A stretch of 63,674 bases of DNA, filler included, from Octopus bimaculoides (taxonomy: Eukaryota): NCBI RefSeq assembly GCF_001194135.2. It is 7 parts of 7 records of this genome, joined end to end, with 100 filler letters (N's around TTAATTAATTAA, not from the genome) between each part and the next. Parts side by side here need not be neighbours in the genome. Positions count along the whole stretch, not along the records: positions 1 to 27,222 come from NC_068991.1; 6 more parts are not named here. One strand, 5' to 3'. Below are positions 1-12,647 of this stretch, piece after piece. Both the position numbers and the translations under genes were made by a program. Within the stretch, counting starts at the first letter, position 1, and each line of letters opens with the position of its first letter. A model generated the notes under the pieces. It made no database searches and was not told the DNA's origin. It saw only the letters and a program-made list of their open reading frames with translations.

Positions 1-44
<44 letters not shown>

Positions 45-639
45 CTTATACTTAAATAAAAATAGATGCAATGAAATAAATAGAACAAGAATAGGAATAA
101 CGAGAATAATGTTTGAGTTATTTTCTCAATAAAGAGGAACAAGCTAAACAGTTCAAATGAAATACATCAACTGGAAGAGATGGTTACTAAAGTTGTACTA
201 CGCGAAGAGTTAATCTAATTTTTACATATTTTCTGCTGAATGTCACTAATACACACCAGAAAAAGACACAACTGTCTTATACGATGTAAAGTAGATAGAA
301 CATTAAATATAAAAATATGACAGTCTGTCCCGTCGATTTCGACTTATGAGTGTTTGGAGAAGGGGATTTAAGAAAACAAGAAAAAACAAAGATAAAAGTT
401 TTAAAATAAAAGAAGTTGCTTCTATCAGCAATGAATACGTGAAAGCAATCTGAGTCTAGGTATGGATTTGCTATGAAGCTAGAATGAGGAAATTGATGGT
501 TTTGATTTTGCCTGGGATTGGATAAATGTGTCTGTTGATGGCAGGGTATAATTCTTTTATTGTTCTGTTTCTTCAGCTCAAATTGATTTGATGCATCATG
601 ATACATTTTACCCCAACTCCTAAGATGTTGAATTAAGCT

Positions 640-1330
640 GTAGGGATTTTAGCGACTGTTTCAACTTATGGGTTTTCCTTCACTGTGGCACCCCTCTATT
701 TGTAGGCTATACAAAAGAATTTTCGGAATGCGATCATCTTTCGAATGTGTCCTACCCGTCTGCAGTGAATTCTCAACTGCATGCTTTTGATACTGGAAAT
801 GTCTTATTTTTCTAAGGTTTTGTCTTTTGACATCTTGACATTTTATGTTGCAGATATTGCGCAGAGAGCACATGTAAAAGGTTTTAAGTTTCTTTATATA
901 TCTGTAGTGGGGAACCCGTGCTTCTTCCCCATACAAAAATGTACTGAGTATAGAAGATATGTATACAAGTATTTTAGTTTTCCGAAAGAAACCGTGTTCA
1001 TCCCACAAACGATGGGAACATTTTCCAAAAACACCTGTAGCCTTAGGCAATCTAATAGTGATTTCATCAAGAGCATTCTTGTACACTTCTATAGGAATAT
1101 CGTCTTGTCCAGATCTACCTCTGGAATTTTTTTAATAGCAGTACTTATCTCTTCTAAGTGAGGATCTTCTGCAAGTTCCTCAATTTTAGGTCACTGAAGG
1201 ATATCACTGATTACTTCAGCACCGGTAGTAGATTCTTGATTTAATACTTATTTAAAGCGTTCAGCTCATCTCTTCTTAAAGGCGTACTGGATCTCAGTGG
1301 CCTCTTGTATATGGTTTAACAAATACCTTA
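640..1330 (-). mobile_element. RTE-clade LINE remnant (ORF2 linker fused to post-RT region)
   Basis: Translations resemble RTE ORF2: EELAEDPHLEEISTAIKK, and DEITIRLPKATGVFG..RLWDEHG...TKI.VY...LSTFLYG...DDRIPKILLY. Stops and frameshifts present. Confidence 0.82.
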
Positions 1331-1870
1331 CTGCGAACCATTCTGTAATCTGAGTAACATTCGAGAGTTTTATGAGCTCTCTCTCACTGTGTATCGATAT
1401 ATAGACAAAAATATCTATGCCTGTGTATATGTATGCATTATACGTATTACATCTGCTGTTACATCTCACAAATATCCAACGGTACTACACTTATATCATA
1501 TAAAATTATTATCCCCCACTAATTGTTCTTTATAAAATTGATCCATTATTTAAACTCTGACATGTCCACTGCATAAAACTGAAAAAGTCAATCTGATTTA
1601 GAAATGGAATGACAGCGGTCAGTGAAAAGACGAAAACAGACACCACGTAAACAAGAAACATCACATGGTAATGAAAGGGCTCGACAGGCTTTTAAAGTCG
1701 GCATGAAACAATATGAAATGTGTCAGATATGTGTGTCTGTTGAGTGCGCAAGTGTGTCTATGACTGAACGCACATGCACACACGCACTTACACAGAAACA
1801 CGTACATACACACGGGCGGCGCGCGCGCACGCACGCACACACATACACACACAAACACACACACACAGAA

Positions 1871-2976
1871 AAGCAACTAACAAATAGAATACACCGATTG
1901 AAAGGAGAGTGAAAAATCCTACTGGTATGTATGAAAAGAATTTATGCAGTATAAGGGAAATAACTCTGAAAACTTTTGAATTTCTTATGAAAGAAAGAGA
2001 TGCATAATTTGTGTATAGATTGGCATTTCGAAACGCGGAGTAGATAAAACAAGGGATAACTGATGAAAGGAATGTTTTTTATGTTTCCTGTCTCGTTTGT
2101 CTGTTTGTTTGCTTCTTTCGTCGTTCGAAAAAGTTCGTTTTCTATTTTTGGAGATTTTTATGTTCTCATTTCTCATTTGTCTACGTTTTTTTTTATGTTT
2201 ATATGTATGTATACGTATATATGTAGATATGTACATATATGTATGTATATATGCATATATTTATATATTATTTATATTACTATATATATATATATATTTA
2301 TATATTTATTTATGTTTACTTATATATTCATTTATTCACATATATAATGATGTCTCTCTCTCTCTCTCTCGGTATATATATATATATAACATTGCTTATA
2401 TATANNNNNNNNNNNNNNNNNNNNNNNNNNNNNNNNNNNNNNNNNNNNNNNNNNNNNNNNNNNNNNNNNNNNNNNNNNNNNNNNNNNNNNNNNNNNNNNN
2501 NNNNNNNNNNNNNNNNNNNNNNNNNNNNNNNNNNNNNNNNNNNNNNNNNNNNNNNNNNNNNNNNNNNNNNNNNNNNNNNNNNNNNNNNNNNNNNNNNNNN
2601 NNNNNNNNNNNNNNNNNNNNNNNNNNNNNNNNNNNNNNNNNNNNNNNNNNNNNNNNNNNNNNNNNNNNNNNNNNNNNNNNNNNNNNNNNNNNNNNNNNNN
2701 NNNNNNNNNNNNNNNNNNNNNNNNNNNNNNNNNNNNNNNNNNNNNNNNNNNNNNNNNNNNNNNNNNNNNNNNNNNNNNNNNNNNNNNNNNNNNNNNNNNN
2801 NNNNNNNNNNNNNNNNNNNNNNNNNNNNNNNNNNNNNNNNNNNNNNNNNNNNNNNNNNNNNNNNNNNNNNNNNNNNNNNNNNNNNNNNNNNNNNNNNNNN
2901 NNNNNNNNNNNNNNNNNNNNNNNNNNNNNNNNNNNNNNNNNNNNNNNNNNNNNNNNNNNNNNNNNNNNNNNNNNNN

Positions 2977-3050
<74 letters not shown>

Positions 3051-3479
3051 GCTGAGGTACTGCCTTGTATTTTTAGTCGAATGAATCGAGCCCAGAACTT
3101 ATATTTTTGTTAGGCCTGATACGTATTGTATCGATGTCTTGTTTCGAACCGCCAAGGCTGTGGTTGGCTTGGGGCTATAGTAGAAGACACTTGTCCAAGT
3201 TGCCATGCAGTCGGACTTAACCCAGAAAGAAGGTTCTTACCACACAAATTTCTTCCTAAACAATTGTTGCGAATTTAAACACTCTGTTATTTGTTACACA
3301 CACACACACACACCCACACAAGCAACTAACAAATAGAATACACCAATTGAAAGGAGAATGAAAAATCGTGCTGGTACGTCTGAAAAGAATTTATGCAGTA
3401 TAAGGGAAATAACTCTGAAAACTTTTGAATTTTTTAATGAAAGAAAGGGAAGCATAATTTGTCTATAGATTGGCATTTC
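1871..3479 (+). repeat. Diverged ~160-bp direct repeat (1871-2029 and 3320-3479)
   Basis: aagcaactaacaaatagaatacacc...gattggcatttc appears twice with scattered substitutions, so it is not a simple assembly echo. Confidence 0.85.
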
Positions 3480-4019
3480 TGTGTTTGTGTGTAAATAATC
3501 TGCCCTCTGGACTCCAGCCAACAGCACCATATTCACGCACACACACACTCTCATTTAAATATAACATACACATATATACTAACATGTATATACACATCTG
3601 TGTATCTGTGTGGGTGTGTATCGTTCCCGTAACTGTTTTTCCAATGACAAATGTTGCATTATGGTTCTAAGAGTTAGTTCCCCTGTGTAACCTTTTTCAA
3701 TAATAGTGATTATTTTATGCTTTGCATCTTTTGTATCGCTTTTTTCTCACAGTATGTACACACATACATACGCATACATTCGTGTATGTATGTACATAAA
3801 TTTTGTTCCGAGGATTCATTAAGAATCGAGCTACAGCAACGTGTAAGACGCTGCCAATTGGCGAGATAGAATCACTCAGAGCAAACAGTGCAATAATCCA
3901 ATATCGTATACAACAACTGTACGACAGGATACTGTTGTTAGTTGGTTCTGAATTCCAGTTACTTACCAATGATACAATTCCTTGGTGCGACATTAGAATA
4001 ACAAATAACAGTGTTTAAA

Positions 4020-4780
4020 TTCGCAACAATTTGAAAAAGGAAACAAGTCTCTTGCAGTCAACTAATGTCCCATTCATCTTTCATATAATCAAAGTGCTTG
4101 AAAGGGTGATGAGATCAAGGATAGCTGGCTTCCTTGGCGAGCCACAACTTTCTAAATCCCAACAAGCATGACTTGACTGCGGCAGGAATTGCCTAACACA
4201 GCTCCTATATGACATCGAAGATGTCCATAAAGCCTTCAGATCAGTTTCGGACTCTCGTGTCATACACCTTGACTTCAGCAAATCGTTCGACAGAATCGAC
4301 CACAATATTCTCCTGTCAAAATTGTCAAACACTAGAATCTGTGGAAAACTGCTACACTTGATTAAGTATTTCCCAGTGAACTGAACACAGCATGTTGCGA
4401 TCGGTGGACTCCACTCAAGCCCAGCAAAAGTCACCAGTGTTGTCCTTCAGGGGACTGTTTTAAGCCCCGCTTCTTTTTATAGTCTATATAAACGACAACT
4501 TAAGCGTAATCAAACACAGCAAATCCCCCAGAAAATTATCAATGGAGAAGACTAACAAACTTAGCTCCAGTCTGATCTGCATGCTGTAATCCAATAGGCG
4601 GACGAAAGCAAAATGCGGTTAAATGAGAGAAAATCTGAACTCATGCACTTTGGAAAAAAGACTGTTTTCAGACAACCATATTCTCTTCCTTCATGGCGAC
4701 TAGTCTCAGCATTCAATAATACCAGGAACTTAGGAGTGATTACCAACATCAATCTCAGTTGGATTACCCTCATCCTTAAT
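4020..4780 (+). mobile_element. CR1/L2-type LINE reverse-transcriptase fragment
   Basis: HIIKVLERVM, LDFSKSFDRIDHNILLSKL, VTSVVLQGTVLSP, LQSDL....ADESKMRLNERKSELMHFGK. The FADD motif is lost; stops present. Confidence 0.85.
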
Positions 4781-4789
4781 CCTAATAAA

Positions 4790-6617
4790 TTTATTAAATG
4801 TGATAGTAACAATAATGATAATGATACTAATAATGATAATCTAATTATCTTAAATAATGTTACCAATAATAAAAATTTCATTATCGTAAATAATGGTAAG
4901 AAAAGACCCACTAATAATAATCTATCCTGCCTAAACAATAGGAATAAAAATGTAATACAACCTGATAAATGTCTACACAACCATATTAACACCAAAAAAT
5001 ACCCAGCTTAAGAAATTATAATAATGGCCATAAAAATAGGAAAATTACTTTACATAACAAGATAGATCCCAATAAGAAAACTACAAATGATAATAGAAGC
5101 AATAATATAACCCCAAATACTTATGATAACCACAAACTCCTTTCATATTACAAATTTAGAAGAAAAAATTCTATATGGCTTTACATCCCTTACAACTATG
5201 CAGTATCCACGAACATCTATAAAAAATTTATGGATATATTACAAAAAAATTTCGACCCTAACCATAGATATTATAAAATCTTCTCTCAACACACAATCCG
5301 TATCTCATACTCTACTCTCCCCAATATAGGATCTATTATCAATAAGTTAAATAGAAAGAACATTGAACTAGCTAGAACCCTTGAAAATAAAAATTGTCTT
5401 ATTATTGATAACAATACAAATAACTACCAAACAATTAATAACACCAACGCAACCAATAATCATGCACATGTTAATGAACATAATAATACTTCAACTGTTA
5501 ACATAGTTGATGAGATAAATCTTCCTAGCTTAAACAATATCACTTGCATATCTAATAATACAACCAGCAATATTGATATAACTAATTTAGATACTTGTAT
5601 CAATAATCAACATAGCAATATATATATAACTAATAAGCCTCTTAATTGCAATTGTAGAATTAAAGCCCACTGTCCGGTATCTGGCCGTTGTTTAACCCGT
5701 AATGTAGCTAATCCAACTAATAATTACATTTATGTTGGTTGCACAATCAACCTTAAACAATGATTATATAATCATTTTTCATCATTTAAACTTAAACATA
5801 AAGCCAATAGCATAATATTATCTAATAAAATTTGGGAATTGAAGGAAAATAGTATCGATTTTAATCTTAAATGGGAAATCGTTAGGAGAGCACAACCTTA
5901 TAGAAATAGTAGATATGGCTGTGGACTGTGCTTTATGGAAATTTACGAAATTTTAAAACTTAAGGATAATCCTAATCTAATTAACAATAGATCTGACCTT
6001 AGGGTTCTATGTGTGCATTGTTACTCCCGCACCTTTAAATATTTTAAAAAGTAAATATTTTAAAAAGTAAATCTTGCTAATTTTTTATTTTAATTTCTCT
6101 CATTTCCCTGACTAATAGCTACTTTACTTGAGCTATAACTTTTAAATATAAACTTAGAATACATTTTAACCTTTCCCAACCCACTGATAATATTCCTACA
6201 TTTTCTCTAGGTAATTTTGGGTCTCTTCTACCATATTAATTTTTCTAAAACCTTAGTTTTAATTCTCTTAATTTAGTCTTGCTTTTCTAACTTTATTCCT
6301 CTCCCTTTTTTCCTCCTCCTTCTTCCCCTCTTTCTTTTTGTTCGGGTTTTGACCATTAATATTATGATTTTACTCATAAATAATATCTCTCTTCTACTAC
6401 CCCACATCAATGTATATCTTATTTTAACTATAAACGTTTATCTTGTTCTAATTTAATTATTTTAATTATTAATGTTCCCTATGGTTTTAAACTTAGTACT
6501 TTAGTGTTTCATTGTATTATTCTAAATATACTGTAGAATAGATATATTTCTTTAATACCTTGACCTTAATTCCCTTACCTTAAATTTTCTCTAACCACTC
6601 CTTAGTGTATTGTCCTT
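4790..6617 (+). mobile_element. Penelope-like element 3' part: Asn-rich linker, GIY-YIG endonuclease, AT-rich 3' UTR
   Basis: RISYSTLPNIGSII, CNCRIKAHCPVSGRCL, YVG, LKWEIVRRAQPY, CGLCFME, LINNRSD. One in-frame TGA at 5761-5763. Confidence 0.88.
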
Positions 6618-7529
6618 NNNNNNNNNNNNNNNNNNNNNNNNNNNNNNNNNNNNNNNNNNNNNNNNNNNNNNNNNNNNNNNNNNNNNNNNNNNNNNNNNNN
6701 NNNNNNNNNNNNNNNNNNNNNNNNNNNNNNNNNNNNNNNNNNNNNNNNNNNNNNNNNNNNNNNNNNNNNNNNNNNNNNNNNNNNNNNNNNNNNNNNNNNN
6801 NNNNNNNNNNNNNNNNNNNNNNNNNNNNNNNNNNNNNNNNNNNNNNNNNNNNNNNNNNNNNNNNNNNNNNNNNNNNNNNNNNNNNNNNNNNNNNNNNNNN
6901 NNNNNNNNNNNNNNNNNNNNNNNNNNNNNNNNNNNNNNNNNNNNNNNNNNNNNNNNNNNNNNNNNNNNNNNNNNNNNNNNNNNNNNNNNNNNNNNNNNNN
7001 NNNNNNNNNNNNNNNNNNNNNNNNNNNNNNNNNNNNNNNNNNNNNNNNNNNNNNNNNNNNNNNNNNNNNNNNNNNNNNNNNNNNNNNNNNNNNNNNNNNN
7101 NNNNNNNNNNNNNNNNNNNNNNNNNNNNNNNNNNNNNNNNNNNNNNNNNNNNNNNNNNNNNNNNNNNNNNNNNNNNNNNNNNNNNNNNNNNNNNNNNNNN
7201 NNNNNNNNNNNNNNNNNNNNNNNNNNNNNNNNNNNNNNNNNNNNNNNNNNNNNNNNNNNNNNNNNNNNNNNNNNNNNNNNNNNNNNNNNNNNNNNNNNNN
7301 NNNNNNNNNNNNNNNNNNNNNNNNNNNNNNNNNNNNNNNNNNNNNNNNNNNNNNNNNNNNNNNNNNNNNNNNNNNNNNNNNNNNNNNNNNNNNNNNNNNN
7401 NNNNNNNNNNNNNNNNNNNNNNNNNAACGGTTTTTGTGATGTTTTTGCTGTTTTTCAATAAAGCATATTACTCAACCTCTGGTATTCGAGGACTATTTTT
7501 TCCACCTTGCTTCGCATATACTCTTTACT

Positions 7530-7731
7530 CTCACTCTCTTTTACTTTTTCAGTCATGTGACTGCGGCCATGCTGGAGCACCGCCTTTAGTCGAGGAAATA
7601 GACCTCAGGACTTATTCTTTGGAAGCCTGGTTCTTATTCTATCGGTATCTTTTGCCGAACCGCTAAGTTACGGGGACGTAAACATACCACAATCGGTTGT
7701 CAAGCGATGTTGGAGGGACAAACACAAAGGA

Positions 7732-7816
<85 letters not shown>

Positions 7817-7835
7817 TACGACGGGCATTTTTCAT
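7530..7835 (-). mobile_element. tRNA-derived SINE, family 1, split by CA/TA microsatellite
   Basis: gactgcggccatgctggagcaccgcctttagtcga...ccgaaccgctaagttacggggacgtaaac is shared with copies at 43.4, 48.3 and 62.8 kb. Confidence 0.85.
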
Positions 7836-10300
7836 TTTCTGCCGACTGAAACTGCGCATGCGCAGTGAATTTTGAAAAAATTATAACATATAACTAAGAG
7901 ACACGTGCGTTTTTGTCTCATAGTTATAGGTTAATCTTTGACGGGTGGTTACTGGTTATTTTTCCGAATAAATTTGCTTTGAACCTGAAATCAGCGTTTC
8001 TCCAGGTACACATCGAAATACTTGCTCGGCATTCCGTAGCTTGTTAATAGATGATGAGTGATAAATATTTTTCGAACTCCTCAGTGAAATTAAATGTTTT
8101 GGATTTTAAAGCTGCTAACTTTTTGAACTATTGGCATTTTACATTGTTTATCAACTTTTTCTGACGTTTTTAATGACCTTTTTCTTTTCAAACAGTTTTA
8201 CAATGTCTACACAGCAACAATTTGTTTATGTTCCAGGTTTTGTGATAATGAGTTATTTTCATTTACCTGCATATTCTACATGAATTTTACCAGAGCATTT
8301 TTACTCTTAAATCGGTGTGTGTTTTGTGGGGCGTGTATGCGTGTGCGTGCATTAATTTTTGCTCATTTGTTAACCCCCAAAATCTTTGTGTGCGATTTTC
8401 ACACATAAGAAGACACATAGAATGGGAACGCGGTCGGTCCAAATTCTAATTTTTCTCTTCATTTTGGACTTATATTTAGTGTGTATATTTCTCGAGCCAT
8501 TTATCAGTGCCTCATTGTGTACATTATTGATTACCTTTAAGAAGATATTCTATATAAAAGTAAACGCTTCCATAAATCACTATTGAGGTTTTTTAAAAAA
8601 TATCCATGCTTTTAAGCGACCTTATGTACATTTAAAACGATTTAAAATCTTGAATTCAGAGCGAAAAGATTTTCTGGGCGAAGTTTGCGTACATAAAATC
8701 TTTGTCATTAGAGAGAGAGACAAAATACTTCTGGGGAAATGATTGCGTTTGCATCGTTCTTATATTTTGATGAAGGGTTGTGTTATAAACACAGCGTGTA
8801 TATAATGAACACATGCTGCTGTAATACTGCATTTTGTCTTATAGGCATACATATATGTGTGTATATATATTATTATGTTTGCATACACATGCATACATAC
8901 ACACATGCACACGCACACACGCACACGCACACACACATATGAAGAAAAGGAGAACAGAGTGAAAGCGAGAGAGAAATAGTAAATGAAAACTAAACAGCCA
9001 NNNNNNNNNNNNNNNNNNNNNNNNNNNNNNNNNNNNNNNNNNNNNNNNNNNNNNNNNNNNNNNNNNNNNNNNNNNNNNNNNNNNNNNNNNNNNNNNNNNN
9101 NNNNNNNNNNNNNNNNNNNNNNNNNNNNNNNNNNNNNNNNNNNNNNNNNNNNNNNNNNNNNNNNNNNNNNNNNNNNNNNNNNNNNNNNNNNNNNNNNNNN
9201 NNNNNNNNNNNNNNNNNNNNNNNNNNNNNNNNNNNNNNNNNNNNNNNNNNNNNNNNNNNNNNNNNNNNNNNNNNNNNNNNNNNNNNNNNNNNNNNNNNNN
9301 NNNNNNNNNNNNNNNNNNNNNNNNNNNNNNNNNNNNNNNNNNNNNNNNNNNNNNNNNNNNNNNNNNNNNNNNNNNNNNNNNNNNNNNNNNNNNNNNNNNN
9401 NNNNNNNNNNNNNNNNNNNNNNNNNNNNNNNNNNNNNNNNNNNNNNNNNNNNNNNNNNNNNNNNNNNNNNNNNNNNNNNNNNNNNNNNNNNNNNNNNNNN
9501 NNNNNNNNNNNNNNNNNNNNNNNNNNNATATAAATCAAAAAAGAAACACGGATTTTAAAGGTTAATGCGGTACGCACGTTTTATGCTACTCCATTTATTT
9601 AAGTAATGCGAGCATTACATTATTGCTAGCCTTGGCTATGTCAAGATGGAATTTTATGTATTCTTCTGCCCATTTAGATTTTAAATGTTGCCACAATAGT
9701 AATATGTCCATTCTGCTGTAATTATCTATATTCTTGTGCAGCTGAAGATTACATAAATTAATCGTCATTGCAATAGTTTTTAGAGGCATGCTGTCTTAAG
9801 TGATATAACCATCTAACATTGCAGAGGCTTACTTAATAGTGGGAAAGACTGTTGCAGCTTTATTCAAACAAATGATTCCCTTAGTATTCAATATTCCTGC
9901 TGTTGAAAGAGAATGTAGCTGTCTTTTTATTTCTGAGAGTTGCTTTTCCATAAATCAATGGCAGAAATTGATGATTGCTAAGAATTCATTAAGCTGACGT
10001 CCTATGTTGAGGGAAGGGAAATTTTCTGATTGTTACAACTCGATTATTTCGAGGAAGTGGGCATCTCCAAATTCAGTTTTGCTAGATTTAGATTTAGAAA
10101 TCTGTATACCATTGGGTTTTCATTGCTGCATATGTGCACCAGCAATCATATCCTTGACACTGATAGCTTAGACTCAAATGAATTGTTTTTTTCTGCCTTC
10201 ATAACAAAAATAAAATTTTAACAGTCAAGAAATTGAGACTTCACCGTATTAAAACATACACAGAACAATATATCTGCATAGCAAAATATATAAATGCATT

Positions 10301-10370
<70 letters not shown>

Positions 10371-10433
10371 TAAGTATATATGTATGTGTGAGCATATATA
10401 TGATGTTATAGCAAAAGAAAACATTTTACTTAC

Positions 10434-10579
10434 CAGCATTCTTGAGTAAGGAGAGATCATGCTACCGATACGTGCTGTAGCTGAGGCTACACCNNNNNNN
10501 NNNNNNNNNNNNNNNNNNNNNNNNNNNNNNNNNNNNNNNNNNNNNNNNNNNNNNNNNNNCTACACCCATTCCAGCATTC
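10434..10579 (-). CDS. SLC22: SLC22-family exon (TM11): (R)NAGMGVASATARIGSMISPYSRML, interrupted by a false N gap
   Basis: tcttttaacAG acceptor, GTaagt donor. The gap flanks overlap by ctacacc; merging them gives a 73-nt exon in the required phase with the canonical RxxGxGxxSxxARIG motif. Confidence 0.88.
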
Positions 10580-11589
10580 CTGTTAAAAGACAATCCAACA
10601 ATAATTAATTAAAGAGACTTTTTTTATAGAAACTGTCTCGAGACAAACAAGATGCCTTGTTTGTGGTTATTATTGTCTGTGTTGGTACTTAGTCCTAGGT
10701 AACCATACAAATCAATGATGAATGATAATCAAACCACGACTATTCAGTGGTTTTCTTCTTTTTACCAGTGCATCCAGAACCGCATTTTCCAATGTCTGCT
10801 TGCCATTTTCAAAAGGCATTGTGTGAAAATTGAGGGAGATTACGTTGATATTTCTAACTGGTCCGCTAATCACATATATTTTCCTTTGTTGGCTCATGTT
10901 GACGAATTTATTGTGACGAATTTATCACAGAATGCAATTTTTGAACAAACAGTTATCACAACTTCCTGTCTCAACAGGGAGTTGCGATTTCTGAACCATG
11001 CAGCATAGCTTATCGAGTGACCGACGTAAATGGAAACTCCTTTCTAAGACACAACACTGAAAGGGGTTGTCCAATTACTCAGTTTTCCATTCCCATTTGG
11101 TGGAATTGAACGCAGCACAACAAATTGCTGAAATGCTCGTTTATATAACAAGCGAACTTCGTAAATCATGAAAATGTCGGTCGCGGTCAAAACACACTGG
11201 TGAGTGGAAGCTAGGACCTTGGCAAAAACGATTACACTTTATAAAAGCTTCTAATGCTCTTTGAGGAGGAGTGAGTATTGTTTATACCTCGCTCAGAGAT
11301 TTATGATTGCTTGTTTACACTTTTTCGTGATCAGTTACTTTTCGTCACTGGAAAAAGGTTATATATATTTGCATTGGGAACCACTTTACATTGACAACCG
11401 GTGATTGTCACTTGTGGATGTGAGTTATGGCTTTTTTCTTCTTTTTTTTTTTTTGAATTTCTGAATTGTTGAATTGCGGAGTTGTTGAACTGTTGAATAT
11501 TGTNNNNNNNNNNTCTGAATTGTTGAATTGCGGAGTTGTTGAACTGTTGAATATTGTGTTGCATTTGTGAAATTGTTGAAGATTTTGTT

Positions 11590-11880
11590 TGGCTTCCCCA
11601 TTTATGGGTGAAGTAGTGAATAACGGGAGCAGTGTTGAAGTGGGAAGACGAATTGCAAGGGTGAAAGGCGTGATAGGAGTGAGATTGGCGGATAGAGAGG
11701 AGAATAAAACCTGAAGGCAGTGTTGCTGGATGACGTGGTTGTGGGGATCTGGACTGACAGAGATGTTCGGAGGCAGAATGGACAATGCACCATTTCGGGT
11801 TCGATACGATGGATTATCACCGATGGTAAATTTTGCAGATCTAAATATTTTTGTGGGGGTAAACACGACACAAACTGAAT
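11590..11880 (-). mobile_element. Penelope-like element RT/endonuclease linker fragment
   Basis: Minus-strand TKIFRSAKF...PHNHVIQQHCLQ.FSSL resembles the HPHN-type PLE linker. Directly abuts the hammerhead-bearing segment. Confidence 0.5.
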
Positions 11881-12315
11881 TGTAAAAACAGTAAAATGGG
11901 ACTTTCTACTTTGGAGTTTAGAAAGCTATTTCATCATCATAATTTTTCACACTTCATAATTCATTCGTAAATCATTCTATGTACCCCATTTTCGTCCTTG
12001 TAATGTCCTTTCTATATCAAGGCTTTATGCCTATAATAAAGAGAGAAAACCGGTGGTTGTCACACGCTGATGACAGGTCAATACCCAGAAACTCGGGTCC
12101 GTGTGTATCACATCAAGTTAGAGATGGGAAGGATGGCTTCCCTTTGCAAATACTGATAGGGCACAGAAAGTGTGTCAATAGCCAGCTGGAGGAGGTGTCT
12201 TCCTAGGGCTACAAGCTACAGTAGCATCCACCCTTAGTGGTTAGCCACATTTAAGTGGCAAATATACTTCACGTTGTCGTGCAGCTACTGTTTATACCTC
12301 GCTCAGAGATTTATT
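11880..12315 (+). mobile_element. Probable Penelope pseudo-LTR / 5' UTR segment
   Basis: Contains AATAAA (12035-12040) and a hammerhead fold. The gccagctggagg...agccaca.ttaagtggcaa block recurs at 60379-60520, and partly at 36354-36380 on the minus strand next to a GIY-YIG fragment. Confidence 0.6.
12053..12111 (+). ncRNA. Minimal type I hammerhead ribozyme (stem II degenerate)
   Basis: cacacg-CTGATGA-cagg tcaata ccca-GAAA-c tcgg g-TC-cgtgtg. Complete catalytic core, perfect 6-bp stem I, GUC cleavage triplet at 12097-12099. Confidence 0.7.
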
Positions 12316-12325
12316 ATTACTTATA

Positions 12326-12441
<116 letters not shown>

Positions 12442-12529
12442 CATACACATATAAATATACACAAACACAAAGAAACATACGCCAATACACACACAAATGA
12501 ACGTGTAGATATTTGTGATTAATGCTGAC

Positions 12530-12647
12530 CTTAATGTGGTCGGATAGATTTCAGGAGTATATAACCATAAACCACCAAAAGCACCACTGATACCGACCAT
12601 TCCAAGTAAAGACAAAACTACTGTAGAAGTGTTGATGGCGTCACCGT
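12530..12647 (-). CDS. SLC22: SLC22-family exon (TM10): [39 protein letters not shown](R)
   Basis: E(L/I)(F/Y)PTxxR hallmark motif. tttctatttacAG acceptor, AG|GTcagc donor. 118 nt, phase 1 to 2. Confidence 0.9.

Noticed and set aside
277-640. Minus ORF (SWGKMYHDASNQFELK...) as the last SLC22 exon
   Set aside because: Acceptors exist, but there is no recognisable SLC22 motif and the tail is long and low-information; unsupported.
11456-11560. Exact ~48-bp direct repeat around a 10-N gap (also 37297-37380)
   Set aside because: Overlapping contig ends duplicated by scaffolding.
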